Shown piece after piece: positions 22,465 to 33,474 of a stretch of DNA of 37,142 nt. The position numbers and the translations under genes are program-made. The stretch's first letter is position 1; each line of letters starts with the position of its first letter. The notes under the pieces were generated by a model. That model was not told the origin of the DNA. It searched no databases and saw only the letters and a list, made by a program, of their open reading frames with translations. The DNA comes from Chiloscyllium plagiosum (taxonomy: Eukaryota): positions 12,528,954 through 12,566,095 of the forward strand of contig NC_057755.1 in assembly GCF_004010195.1 (NCBI RefSeq), written 5' to 3'.

Positions 22465-22798
22465 ATTCATTCATGGGCTATGGGCATCATTGGTCAGATC
22501 AGCATTTATTACCCATTCCTAATTGCCCAGAGGACAGTTAAGTGTCAACTATATTGCTGTTGGTCTGGATTCATGTGTAGGGCAGACCAGGTAAGGGTGG
22601 CAGTTTCCTTCCCTGAAGGATATTCGTGAACCAAATGGTTTTTTTCTGACAATTGACAATGACTTTTCATAGTCACCATTAGACTCCTATTTCCAAATTA
22701 TTTTACTGAATTAAAATTCCGCCATCTGCCATGGCAGGATTCAAACTCAGGTGCCCAGCACATGACCAGGTTCTCTGTGATACTATCATTTGACCATC
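22465..22798 (-). mobile_element. tRNA-derived SINE sharing the 3' tail of the CR1/L2-group LINE
   Basis: Reverse-complement B box gagtttgaatcc near 22735-22750; tail ttcattcatggg..tgggcatc...agcatttattacccattcctaattgccc aligns with 8235-8300. Confidence 0.8.
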
Positions 22799-22923
22799 CG
22801 ATCCATTGACTGTGGGATTGCTTGCCTCTATCTGTTACATGCTGCCACCACCCTGACCTGCATATAGTCCTCTGTTGTAGCTTAACCAGGTTGACACCAC
22901 CTCATTGGGTATGCAGGTACTGG

Positions 22924-23460
22924 GCTGAAAAATGTGTTGCTGGAAAAGCGCAGCAGGTCAGGCAGCATCCAAGGAGCAGGAGAATCGACGTTTCGGGCAT
23001 AAGCCCTTCTTCAGGAATGAGGAAGGTGTGCCCAGCAGGCTAAGATAAAAGGTAGGGAGGAGGGACTTGGGGGAGGGGCGTTGGGAATGCAATAGGTGGA
23101 AGGAGGTTAAGGTGAGGGTGATAGGTGGAGAGGGGGTGGGGGCGGAGAGGTCGGGAAGAAGATTGCAGGTCAAGAAGGCGGTACTGAGTCCGAGGGTTGG
23201 GACTGAGATAAGGTGGGGGGAGGGGAAATGAGGAAGCTGGAGAAATCTGCATGGATGCAGTAAATGATGTGTGTGGAGGTGCAGGTGAATTTGTGACGGA
23301 TATGGAAGGATCTCTTGGGGCCTTGGAGGGAAGTGAGGGGGGGGAGGTGTGGGCGCAAGTTTTGCTTTCTTGCGGTTGCAGGGGAAGGTGCCGGGAGTGG
23401 AGGTTGGGTTGGTGGGGGGTGTGGACCTGATGAGGGAGTCACGGAGGGAGTGGTCTTTAC
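22924..23460 (-). mobile_element. Penelope-like element 3' fragment with an internal deletion of the GIY-YIG domain
   Basis: SLRDSLIRS..PGTFPCNRK and GPKRSFHIRHKFTCTSTHIIYCIH, then a jump to the ORF end, a C-rich 3' UTR and the terminal repeat. Confidence 0.9.
22987..23014 (-). ncRNA. Minimal type I hammerhead ribozyme motif (core intact)
   Basis: Reverse complement attc-CTGAAGA-A-GGGC ttat GCCC-GAAA-C-GTC-gatt. Confidence 0.75.
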
Positions 23461-25204
23461 CATCACCAGACCATGGCAACTACTTTCCCACCTCAACCAC
23501 TTCCACTGGCAGCTCATTCCATATGCGTACCACCCTCTGTGTAAAAAAGGTTGCCCCTCAGGTTCCCTTTTATTCTTTCCTCTCTAACCTTAAACTGATG
23601 CTGTCTCGTCTGCGATTCCCCAACCCTGGGAAAAAGACTGGGAGTGCATTCATCCTATCCATGCCTCTTATCATCTTATAAACTTCTATAAGATCCCCCC
23701 TCAGCCTCCTATGCTCTAAAGAAAAGTGTCCCAGCTTGTCCAACCACTCCCTATAACTCAGAAGATTGAATCCTGGCAACACCTTTGCAAACTTTCTTCT
23801 GCACTCTTTCCAGTTTAATAACATCCTTCCTATAGCAAGGTGACCAAAACTGAGCACAAAAGGCCTCACCAACGCCCTTTACAGCTATAATATAACTTCC
23901 CAACTTCGATACTCAATGACCTGACTGATGAAAGCCAGTGTGCCAAAAGCCTTCTTCACTGCCTGTCTACTTGTGACTCCACTTTCAGAGAACCTTGCAC
24001 TTGAACACCAAGGTCCCTATGTTCCACTACACTCCTTAAGGCCCTACAAAACCCCTACCTTGATTTGACTTTCCAAAATGCAAGGCCTCACATTTGTCTA
24101 TATTAAACTTCATTTGACATTGCTTGGCCCACTTCCCTGATCAGGTCCTGCTCCAATTTCTGATAACCTTCCTCACTGTCCATGAAAATGCCTATTTCTG
24201 TGTCACCTGCAAACTTACTAATCATGCCTTGTACATTCTCATCCAAATCATTGATAAAGGTAACAAACAGCAATGAGCCCTGCAACACTCCTGAGGCACA
24301 TCACCAGTCACAGACCTCCAATCTGACCAGTATCCTTCCATTATTATGCTCTGCTTCCTACCATCGGGCCAATTTGCCAGCTCCCTTGGATTCCATGTGA
24401 TCTAAACCTTCCAGAGCAGCCTACCATTTGGAACCTTATCAAAGACCTTACTGAAATCCATACAGGCTATGTCCTGCCTTTATCAACCTTCCTGGTCACT
24501 TCATCAAAAAAACGCTAACAAATTTGTGAGACATGATCTTCCACACACAAAGCTATGCTGATTACCCTTAATCAAACCATGCCTTTCCAAATGCATGTAT
24601 ATCTTATCCCTCAGAATCTTCTCAATTAACCTACCCACCACAGATGTTAGGCTTACTGGTCTATAGTTTCCAGGTTTTTCTTTATAGCCTTCTTGAATAA
24701 GGGCACAACATTTGCTACCCTCCAGTCTTCCGGGACCTCATCCGTGGCTACTGATAATGCAATTTCTTCTCTAGCCTCTTGCAGGGTTCTTGGATATAGA
24801 ACAATACACAATATTTTCAGCCCACGATGTTGTGCCGAGCATTTATCTTAATCTAAGATCAACCTAACCTACACACCCCTCAATTTACTGCTGTCCATGT
24901 GCTTGTCCAGCAGTCGCTTAAATGTCCCTAATGTCTCCAACTCTGCTACCACCACTGACAGTGCATTCCACGTACCCACCACTCTCTGTGTAAAGAAACT
25001 ACCTCTGACATCTCCCTTATATCTTCCTCCAATCACCTTAAAATTATGACCCCCATGACAGCTTTTTCTGCCCTGGGAATATGCCTCTCATTACCTTGTA
25101 CACCTCTATCAAGTCACCTCTCTTCCTTCTTCTCTCCTGTGTGAAAGGAGAACATCTCCAGCACATCCGCACCAATCAACCCCACCGCCCCGTCACCAAA
25201 TAGT

Positions 25205-25504
25205 GGGCAACACAGTGGCACAGTGGTTAGCACTGCTGCCTCACAGTGCCAGAGACCTGGGTTCATTTCCCGACTCAGGCGACTGACTGTGTGGAGTTTG
25301 CACATTCTCCGTGGGTTTCCTCCGTGTGCTCCGGTTTCCTCCCACAGTCCAAAGATGTGCAGGCCAGGTGAATTGGCCATGCTAAATTGCCCGTAGTGTT
25401 AGGTAAAAAGGGGTATGGGTGGGTTGCGCTTCGGCGGGTCGGTGTGGACTTGTTGGGCAGAAGGGCCTGTTTCCACACTGTAAGTAATCTAATCTAATCT
25501 AATC
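25205..25504 (+). mobile_element. HE1-type SINE nested in the PLE
   Basis: tRNA head, V-domain and (taatc)n tail. Confidence 0.92.
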
Positions 25505-25889
25505 AAACACTTCAACTCCCTCACCGACTCCTCTGAGGACATGCAGGTCCTGGGCCTCCTCCATCACCCCTCTCTTATCACCTAACGCCTGGCAGAAGAA
25601 CACTTCACCTTCAGCCTCGGGACCCTCCAACCCCATGGCATCAAATGGATTTCACCAGTTTCCTCATTTTCCATCCCCCCACCTTACCCCAGTTCCAACC
25701 TCCCAGCTCAACACCATCCTCATGACCTGTCCCATCTGTCTATCTTCCTTCCCCTCTATCCACTCCACCCTCCCCTCTGACCTATCGCCTTTACACCCAC
25801 CTCCATCCATTTATCGCACTCTCAACTACCTTCCCCCAAAGCCCCACACCCCTCCCATTTATCTTTCCACCCCTGAGGCTCCCAGCATC

Positions 25890-25925
25890 ATTCCTGATGA
25901 AGGGCTTTTGTCTGAAATGTCGAAT
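25890..25925 (+). ncRNA. Hammerhead ribozyme motif (slightly decayed)
   Basis: attc-CTGATGA-A-GGGC tttt GTCT-GAAA-T-GTC-gaat; 4-bp stem I, G-U pairs in stem II. Confidence 0.65.
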
Positions 25926-26162
25926 TTCCTGCTTCTCGGATGCTGCCTGACCTGCTGTGCTTTTCCAGCAACACAATCTTGATTCCAGTGTGAAAAGCCC
26001 TAGCTCACTCAAGCTCTCTTCATAAGACAAGCCCTCCAACCCAGGCAGCATCCTGGTAAATCTCTTCTGCATCCTCTCTAACATATCCAGGACCAGGAGA
26101 TTTTTTTTTCACCTTCATACATTCTAATACATCCAACATCTCGTTTCCTGAGATATAGACAG

Positions 26163-26262
26163 TCCCCAAGCTATCACCACTAACTTCCTCAAGCTATCAC
26201 CACTAACTTCCCCAAGCTATCACCACTAACTTCCCCAAGCTATCACCACTAACTTCCCCAAG
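26163..26262 (+). repeat. 23-bp minisatellite, ~4.3 copies, inside a CR1
   Basis: tccccaagctatcaccactaact at 26163, 26186, 26209 and 26232, plus a partial unit. Confidence 0.97.
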
Positions 26263-26777
26263 TTCCTAAGTCTTCATGTTTTTTTCCTCCATGATAAACA
26301 CAGAAGAAAAACTTCCATTAAGGACCTTGCCCATCTCCTGCAGTTCTACACAAACATGCCTAGTTTGGTCTTAGAAGGGTCCTACTCTCTCTCTAGTAAT
26401 TCATTTTCCTTCAACATACTTCAGGAATCTCTTTGGATTCACCCTAACCTCCTACCCCCTCTTCACCCTCCTGATTTCCTTCTTCAGTAAATTTCTGCTT
26501 CCCCTATATACCTCCAGGAATCCCCATGATCCCCATGTACCTTAGCCATACCCTTTTTCTGGTCAAAGCCTCAATATCTCCTTGATGCTTACACATACAA
26601 TTTTGATGTCAAGGACAGTGACTACCACCTCGCATCTCTGGAATTGAGCTCTTTGTCCCTGTTTAAACGAAAGCTTTAATTAAGTCACAAGTTGAGTGGC
26701 CCTAGTGCAACTCAAACTAAGGGTTATTGTTAAGCAAGTGTTCGCAATGATAGCATTGTTGATGATCCTTTATTCAG

Positions 26778-26966
26778 TGCAGCAGGTCAGGCAGCATCCA
26801 AGGAACAGGAGAATCAACGTTTCCGGCCTGAGCCCTTCTTCAGGAATCCTGAAGAAGGGCTCAGGCCCGAAATGTCGATTCTCCTGCTCCTTGGATGCTG
26901 CCTGACCTGCTGTGCTTTTCCAGCAACACATTTTCAGCTCTGATCTGCAGTCCTCACTTTCTCCTA
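26778..26966. mobile_element. Palindromic double-hammerhead PLE-terminus element (family A) with a 14-bp TSD
   Basis: Palindrome centred at 26846; TSD gatcctttattcag (26764-26777) / gatcctttatccag (26967-26980). Confidence 0.88.
26844..26881 (+). ncRNA. Hammerhead ribozyme motif (plus arm of the palindrome)
   Basis: gaatc-CTGAAGA-A-GGGC tcag GCCC-GAAA-T-GTC-gattc; perfect 5-bp stem I. Confidence 0.7.
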
Positions 26967-27502
26967 GATCCTTTATCCAGGCCAATCAGAGGCCACTAGC
27001 TCTTCATTCCTCAACAGGGAGAATGTGACTGTTGCTGTTAATGCTGAGGGCCACACCACAAACAAACTCCCCCCGGGACTAGTTTTTCTTAAATTAGTTT
27101 GCTGAAAGAATAGGAAAGCCAAATTTAGCAATGTGAACACTTGGAGTCCAGTGGACTCTTGGATCTATGTCAATTTAAAATAATGGCAACATAAAATTTC
27201 AAGGTAAACTATCTTAAGCTGTTGCAAAGTTATAAGAGCTGTTAACTGCTCTATTAGAAACGAACTTAAACAATTTGCAATATGAAACTTAAGGGGAGGG
27301 CTTTGTCAATAATCATTAAATTCTTCCTTGAAGCATTTTGTGGTAGTTGTGAGGCAACAATATTGACTTAAAACAAAACCACATCTCATTCCAGGTCTCC
27401 TTTTACTTTTACTTTGAACCTTTATCAAAAGTTGGAACTAGACTGGTTGTGGTTTGTTTACTGTGTGTGAGTTTACTCAAGGTTTGGCAAATCAAATAAT
27501 TA

Positions 27503-28395
27503 GTCATAGAAGTTACAGAATACCTACAGTGTGGAAGTATGTTATTCAGCCCACTGATTCTCCGAAGAGCATCCCAACCAGACCTAATTCCTTCTCCTAT
27601 CCCTGCATTTCCCATGGCTAATTTATCAAGCCTGCACATCCTTGGACACGATGAGTAATTCAGCATGGCCAATCCAATCATCAAGATGGCAGCAGTGGAG
27701 TAGGCAGCATTTGGGCTCGTACTCTTTAACTGCATTTTTCTTTTTTCCTTCCATGCCTTTTCCCCTCAAACTGTTAAAGAGAGCTATTTGACAAGAGACG
27801 GCTTCGATGGATTACAGAGCAGCGGCGGCATTTTCAGAGGCAGTGTGGCTACAGAGATGTTGGTCAGTCGGCCTATGAAGCCTGGAGCGGGACACTCACC
27901 TCCGCATGGAGTAAGCCCCTGACGGCGGTATGGCATGGCCTGGGAAACCCAGTACGGGACACTCTCGGGGTGACATAGCATAGGGTGGAAAGCCAGGAGC
28001 AGGACATTTCTTGGCATGGCGTGAGCTGGGCCGGGAAGCCCGAAGTGGATCACTCTCTCAGTGGCACGGTGTGGACTGGGAAACCCAGGGCGGGACTCCA
28101 GCAGTAGTGGTGGAGAAGGAAAAAATTGGTCTCTCCATAAGTTATCATCTTTTATTTTGTTCTGTGATTGGTGTTTATGTATGAGTGGTGGTACACACTT
28201 TTCACTGCATTTTATATTGAATCCATGTGACAATAAAGGATATTCACCTAACCTTCACACCTTTGTGCTGTGGCAGGAGACCCACAAAGACACCAAGAGA
28301 ATGCACAAACTCCATACAGATAGTCACCCAAGGATGCAAATTGAACCCTTGGTGCTGTGAGGCAGCAGGGCTGCCCACTGAATCACCGTGCCATC
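27503..28395 (-). mobile_element. HE1-type SINE split by a ~565 bp insertion
   Basis: 3' part 27503-27680 (ends agcatggccaat) and 5' part 28243-28395 (begins ttcacctaacc). Confidence 0.8.
27682..28246 (+). mobile_element. Non-autonomous element with a CAAGATGGC head and a Rex1/Babar-type tail
   Basis: Boundaries set by the interrupted SINE; ends cacttttcactgca...catgtgacaataaaggatattca; no RT relic and no tRNA boxes seen. Confidence 0.65.
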
Positions 28396-28661
28396 TTTTA
28401 ACTTTTGATAATTTAAAACAAAATTTAAGTAAAAGTATGGGTGAACATGTGAACATACGAAAGAACAGAAACAGGACATTATGCCCCATGAGCCTGATCT
28501 GCCATTCACTCATGGCTGAAATGATTGTGGCCTCTTAGAAACTTGGTACTTTTTAAATCTAGTTCTTATCTGGGACCAAGATCATAACAAATGCATTGAT
28601 GTAGCACAGTTAACAGTAAAACAAAACAATCCAGGGAGCAGTATGAAACAAAATTTGACTG

Positions 28662-30945
28662 CCAGAAGACTGGACGTGGTGCCACTATTTAAGAAAAGCA
28701 GTAAGCGAGGGATCTACAGACCAGTCAGCTTGACATCAGTCATGGGTAAGCTATTGGAGGAAATCCTGACAGGAATTACATGTATTTAGAAAGGCAAGGA
28801 CTAATTAGGCATAGTCAATGTGGCTTTGTGCATAGGAAATCATGTCTCACTAACTTCATTGAGTTTTTTCTGGAAGAAGTGACAAAGAGGATTGATGAGG
28901 GCAGAGCAATGGACGTGATCTATATGGACTTCAAAAAGGCTATTTGGATACAGGATTGACTCTAAGGAAGAATACAAAGTGGGGTGGTGGAAGGTTGCTT
29001 TTCAGATTGGAGGCCTATGACCAGCGGTGTGCTAAGTACACTGCTCTTCGTCATTTATATAAATGATTTGGATGTGAGCATATGAAGTATCATGAGTAAA
29101 TTTTCAGATGACACCAAAATTGGAGGTGTAGTGGGCAGCAAAGAAGGTTACTCAGAGTACAAGAGAATCTTGATCAGATGGGCCAATGGGCCGAGGAGTG
29201 GTAGATGGAATTTAATGAAATAAATGTGAGGTGCTGTATTTTGGGAGGGTAAATCTCAGCAGGACTTACGCACTTAATGGTAAGATCCTGGGGAATGTTG
29301 CTAAACAAAGAAACCTTGGAGTGCAGGTTCATATTTCTTTGAAAGTGGAGCCGCAGGTAGATAGGATAGTGAAGAAGGCATTTGATATGCTTGCCATTAT
29401 TGGTCAGTGCATTGAATATAGGAGTAGGGCAGTCATGTGGCCATACAGGCTACTTTTCGAATACTGTTTACAATTCTGGTCTCCCTCCTATAGGAAGGAT
29501 GTTGTGAAACTTGAAAAGGGTTTACAAGGATGTTGCCAGGGCTGGAGGGTTTGAGCTATAGGGAGAAGCTGGGGCAATTTTCCCTAGCATGAGAGGCTGA
29601 GTAGTGACCTTAGAGCTTTACAAAATCGTGAGGGACATGGATAGGGTAAATAGACAAGGTCTTTCCCTGGGGTGGGGGAGTTCAAAATCAGAGAGCATAG
29701 ATTTAAGGTGAAACAGGAAACATTTAAAAGGGACCTAAGGCAAAACTTTTTCATGCAGAGGGTGGTCCGTGAATGTAATGAACTGCTGGAGGAAGTGGTG
29801 GAGGTTGGTACAATTACAACATTTAAAAGGCACCTGGATGGGTAGTTGATGGAACATGTTCATCTTGGTGTCCGGTTACTAGCAGCATACCGCAAAGGTC
29901 AGTGTTGGGTCCACTGCTGTTCGTCATTTTTATAAATGACCTGGATGAGGGCTTAGGAGGGTGGGTGAGTAAATTTGCGGATGACACTAAGGTCGGTGGA
30001 GTTGTGGATAGTGACGAAGGATGTAGTAGGTTGCAGAGAGACATAGATAGGTTGCAGAGCTGGGCTGAGAGGTGGCAAATGGAGTTTAACGTGGACAAGT
30101 GTGAGGTGATACACTTTGGACGGAGTAATTGGAATGCAAAGTACTAGTCTAATGGTAAGATTCTTGAGAGTGCAGATGAGCAGAGAGATCTCGGTGTCCA
30201 TGTACACAGATCCCTGAAAGTTGCCACCCAGATTGACAGGGTTGTTAAGAAGGCATACAGTGTTTTGGCCTTTATTAATAGAGGGATTGAGTTGCGGAAC
30301 CAGGAGGTTATGCTGCAGCTGTACAATGCTCTGGTACGCCCATACTTGGAGTATCGTGTACAGTTCCGCATTATAAGAAGGATGTGGAAGCTTTGGAAAA
30401 GGTGCAGAGGAGATTTACTAGGATGTTGCCTGGTATGGAAGGAATGTCTTACGAGGAAAGGCTGAGGGCCTTGAGGCTGTTCTCGTTAGAGAGAAGAAGG
30501 TTGAGAGGTGACTTAATAGAGACATACAAGATAATCAGAAGGTTAGATAGGGTGGACAGGGAGAGCCTTTTTTCAAGTATGGGAACGGCAAACACGAGAG
30601 GACACAACTTTATAGGTATAGGGTATAAGACAGATGTCAGAGGTAGTTTCTTTACTCAGAGAGTAGTAAGGGAATGGAATGTTTTGCCTGTAACAGTAGT
30701 AGATTCGCCAAGTTTAAGTGCATTTAAGTCGACATTGGACAGGATGACAGGGCGGCGCAACATCGAGGGCCGAAGGGCCTGTACTGCGCTGTAATGCTCT
30801 ATGTTCTATGTATATGAATAGGAAGGGTTTAGGGGGATATGGGCCAAATGCTGGAAAATGGGACTAGATTTATTTAGGATATCTGATTGGCATAGACAAG
30901 TTGGATCAAAGGGTCTGTTTTGTACTGTATATCTCTGTAACTCTA
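28662..30945 (+). mobile_element. CR1 LINE ORF2 pseudogene and 3' UTR, interrupted by a younger CR1
   Basis: VVPLFKK, YRPVSLTS, SQCGFVHRKSCLTN, KFSDDTKIGG and FEYCLQFWSP; resumes at tatgaataggaagggttt (30793). Confidence 0.92.
29845..30790 (+). mobile_element. CR1 3' fragment, same subfamily as 1-691
   Basis: LGPLLFVIFINDLD..SKFADDTKVGG; tail ggcgcaacatcgagggccgaagggcctgtactgcgctgtaatgctctatgttctatg. Confidence 0.95.
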
Positions 30946-31567
30946 CGACTGAGCTTTATAAGGAGATATTAGAGTAAGTTGCTAAAGGTTTGGGTTGAAC
31001 AGATAGATTTTTAAAAATGACTGTAACTGTGAAAAGAGCCGAAGAAGATGTTTTACAGGATTTTCAGACTAATGCAACTGAAGGCACAGCTGCCAATGGT
31101 GCAGTGAGGAAAATCAGGGACGCGTAACAGTCCAGAGTTAGAGAAATATCACTGAGATTAAAGTGTAAAGGATTGATTCACTTACCCTTCTTAAACAAAT
31201 ACCCAGCTGAGCAAAGAACAAGGGTCTTTATGTGTTACTTATATGAACACCACTAGTGACAGGACCAGAGTTGTTTCTTGATATTGCCTGAAACGGAAAG
31301 ATTTCATCAACTTTGATTCCAAATTCCACCCTTCCATCAACATTACATGGTGCATTTCAGACTTTTCTGTGATTTTTGTATCTCCTCTTCTGGGAATATG
31401 CTGTCAATCAACATCTACTCTAATTCTCCTGCCTCACACAACAACCTCAACTACATTTCTTCCTGCAGATGCTGCTGGGTCTACTGAGTTTTTGTTTTTG
31501 TTTCAGATTTCCAGCATCCTCAGTTTTTTGTTTTATTTTGGTGTTAACTCACTGCCACATCTCTCCC

Positions 31568-31772
31568 ATGATTTGGAGGTGCCGATGTTTGACTGGGGTG
31601 TACAAAGTTAAAAATCACACAACACCAAATTATAGTCCAACAGGTTTGTTTAGAAGCACTCGCTTTCAGAGTGCTGCTCCTTCATCAGGTGGAGGAGCGA
31701 CACTCCAAAAGCTAGTGCTTCCAAATAAACCTGTTGGATTATAACCTGGTGTTGTGTGATTTTTAACTTTGT
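31568..31772. mobile_element. Palindromic hammerhead-bearing element (family B) with a TSD
   Basis: Arms 31600-31680 and 31694-31774; flanked by acatctctccc (31557-31567) / acatctcttcc (31773-31783). Confidence 0.85.
31657..31691 (-). ncRNA. Hammerhead ribozyme motif, family B (cleavage triplet mutated)
   Basis: Reverse complement cac-CTGATGA-A-GGAG cagca CTCT-GAAA-GC-GA-gtg; the other arm retains GCTAgtg. Confidence 0.6.
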
Positions 31773-33474
31773 ACATCTCTTCCAGGTATGCCTTCCATGA
31801 AAAAGCTCTGCTTCGCTCCAGGATTTCTATTCTAATCTTGTTTTTTGCTCTCTGTCCCTACTTTCATTTTCTTCCCTAGTATCTGACACAGACTTTGCCA
31901 AAACCTGTTACTATATCTGCATCTTAATCCCCAGGAACTGCCTCCAACTTCGACTCACCCCATGTGGATTCTGACTGAAGTTTCATATTTCGAATCCACC
32001 CAGGATCAAAGGTATCTTGGTGATGTACAACACTCCTCAGAAAGCTGTTCTTGCCACATCCTGGGAGCCACACTATGTGTTAGTGCATAGCACCCTTGAC
32101 ATCAGCGCTGCCTCACATTGCCTCAGAGCTGTTCCGCCCCCATCCCAGCTCCATTTCATTCTCCAGCTTGTTCAATGTTCTAACAAGAAAGCTTTCCTCT
32201 TCCTTTCAGGCATTAAGGAAGGCAAGGCACAACAACTCTGAGATACCCACACCCCATTTGGAACCTCCCTCCCTCCCACTTCCCTTTGACACCATTCTTT
32301 CTCCTGACCTCCAACTCTTGTTAAGTGTTTACTATCCCTTTTGACCTTCTGCTTTCAGCTGAATGTTTTATAATCAGCAAAAATCCCTCTGTACCTCCAC
32401 CTCGATATGTTTCAGGTGGACATGATGTGAAATCTTCTTTTGTCACCCCTATCTCCATTCCAATGGATTTCAGTACCCACAGATGCCTTCACTTGCCTCC
32501 AATGCTCTCCTTCAACCTGGACCCCTCTCTTTTACTCGTAGTCAACTTGTTCATTGAGAACTGTTGATATGACAACAGTCACCTTAATTTCTTTATCCCC
32601 CTCACCCATTCAAACCTATCTCCCTCTGAACTGACTGCACTCGATGCTCTCAGATCCAAACCTGACTTTGTCACCAAGCCTGCCAACAAGGGTGGTGCTG
32701 TTATTGTCTGGCATACTGACCACTACATTGTGCAGACTGAGCACTAGTTCTGAGATACCTGCGGCTACCTCCCTTGACCATGACCCTACCATGGAATACC
32801 AGGCTTTTGTGTCCATGACTGTCATCACCCTCACCTCATCTGGGATCTCCCCATGACAGCCTCCCAGCTCATAGTCCCCCAAACCCACTCTACCTTCTCC
32901 CTAAAATCCACAACCAGACCTACCTGGGCAGACTGACTGTTTCTGCCCCACGGAACGTATTTCTTCCTACCTCGACTTGATTTTTTTTCTCACTGACCAG
33001 TCCTTGCCCACATACATTGATGATTTTTCTGACAGTTTACATTGGTTTCAAAATTTCCAGTTTGTGGCTCTAGCCACCTCCTCTTCACCATAGACGTGCA
33101 ATACCTTTACACAGCCATCCCCCATCAGGATGGTCTCAGGGCTTTCTGTTACCTCCTGGAAAGATGACCTGAACTGACCCCATCCATCATCACCCTCTTC
33201 CCACCTGGCTGAGTTGTCCTCACTTTGGATAACTTCTCCTTTAATTCCTCTCACTTTCTTCAGGTCAGAGATGTGGTCATGGATATCCTCATGAGGCTGT
33301 CTTTTGTTTTGTGCGTGGAATATTCCTTGTTCCAATCTTATCGAGCCCTACCCCATAACTCTTTCTCTAGTGCATTGATGACATCATTGATGTTGCAACC
33401 CTTGCTTGTTCTGAACTGGAAAAAATTATCTATTACGCCTTTCATTTTCACCATTCCCTTGCCATTTCTTCATT

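Larger units (their letters stand above)
25147..25983 (+). mobile_element. Penelope-like element 3' fragment (GIY-YIG C-terminus, 3' UTR, terminal repeat) with a 12-bp TSD
   Basis: HLQHIRTNQPHRPVTK/HFNS..EDMQVLGLL..LAEEHFTFSLGTLQPHGI; TSD tcctgtgtgaaa (25135-25146) / tccagtgtgaaa (25984-25995). Confidence 0.9.
24797..26081 (-). mobile_element. Second CR1 3' fragment nested in the first and split by a PLE
   Basis: 3' UTR at 24797-24900; LERMQKRFTRMLPGLEGLSYEESLSELGLFTL at 25984-26081. Confidence 0.85.
23488..26585 (-). mobile_element. CR1 LINE ORF2 pseudogene hosting nested insertions (24797-26081)
   Basis: SYREWLDKLGHFSLEHRRLRGDLIEVYK and LLFVTFINDLDENVQGMISKFAGDT; continues after 26082. 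Confidence 0.9.
31285..33470 (+). mobile_element. Decayed Penelope-like element (family C): RT-thumb fragment, terminal repeat, then 5' ORF and RT
   Basis: FINFDSKFHPSINITW near 31310; KPANKGGAVIVW, YLLPKIH, FTIDVQYLYTAIPH, FNSSHFLQV and CIDDI relics at 32670-33400. Confidence 0.85.

Noticed and set aside
26778..26915. Palindromes as miRNA precursors or classical DNA-transposon MITEs (also 12827 and 31600)
   Set aside because: The arms match PLE terminal repeats attached to GIY-YIG or ORF sequence elsewhere in the window (directly shown for family A), the elements have one-sided tails, and the TSDs are long and of variable length.
27784..28233. 149-aa minus-strand ORF
   Set aside because: It lies antisense within the non-autonomous Rex1-tailed insert and has no recognisable domain.
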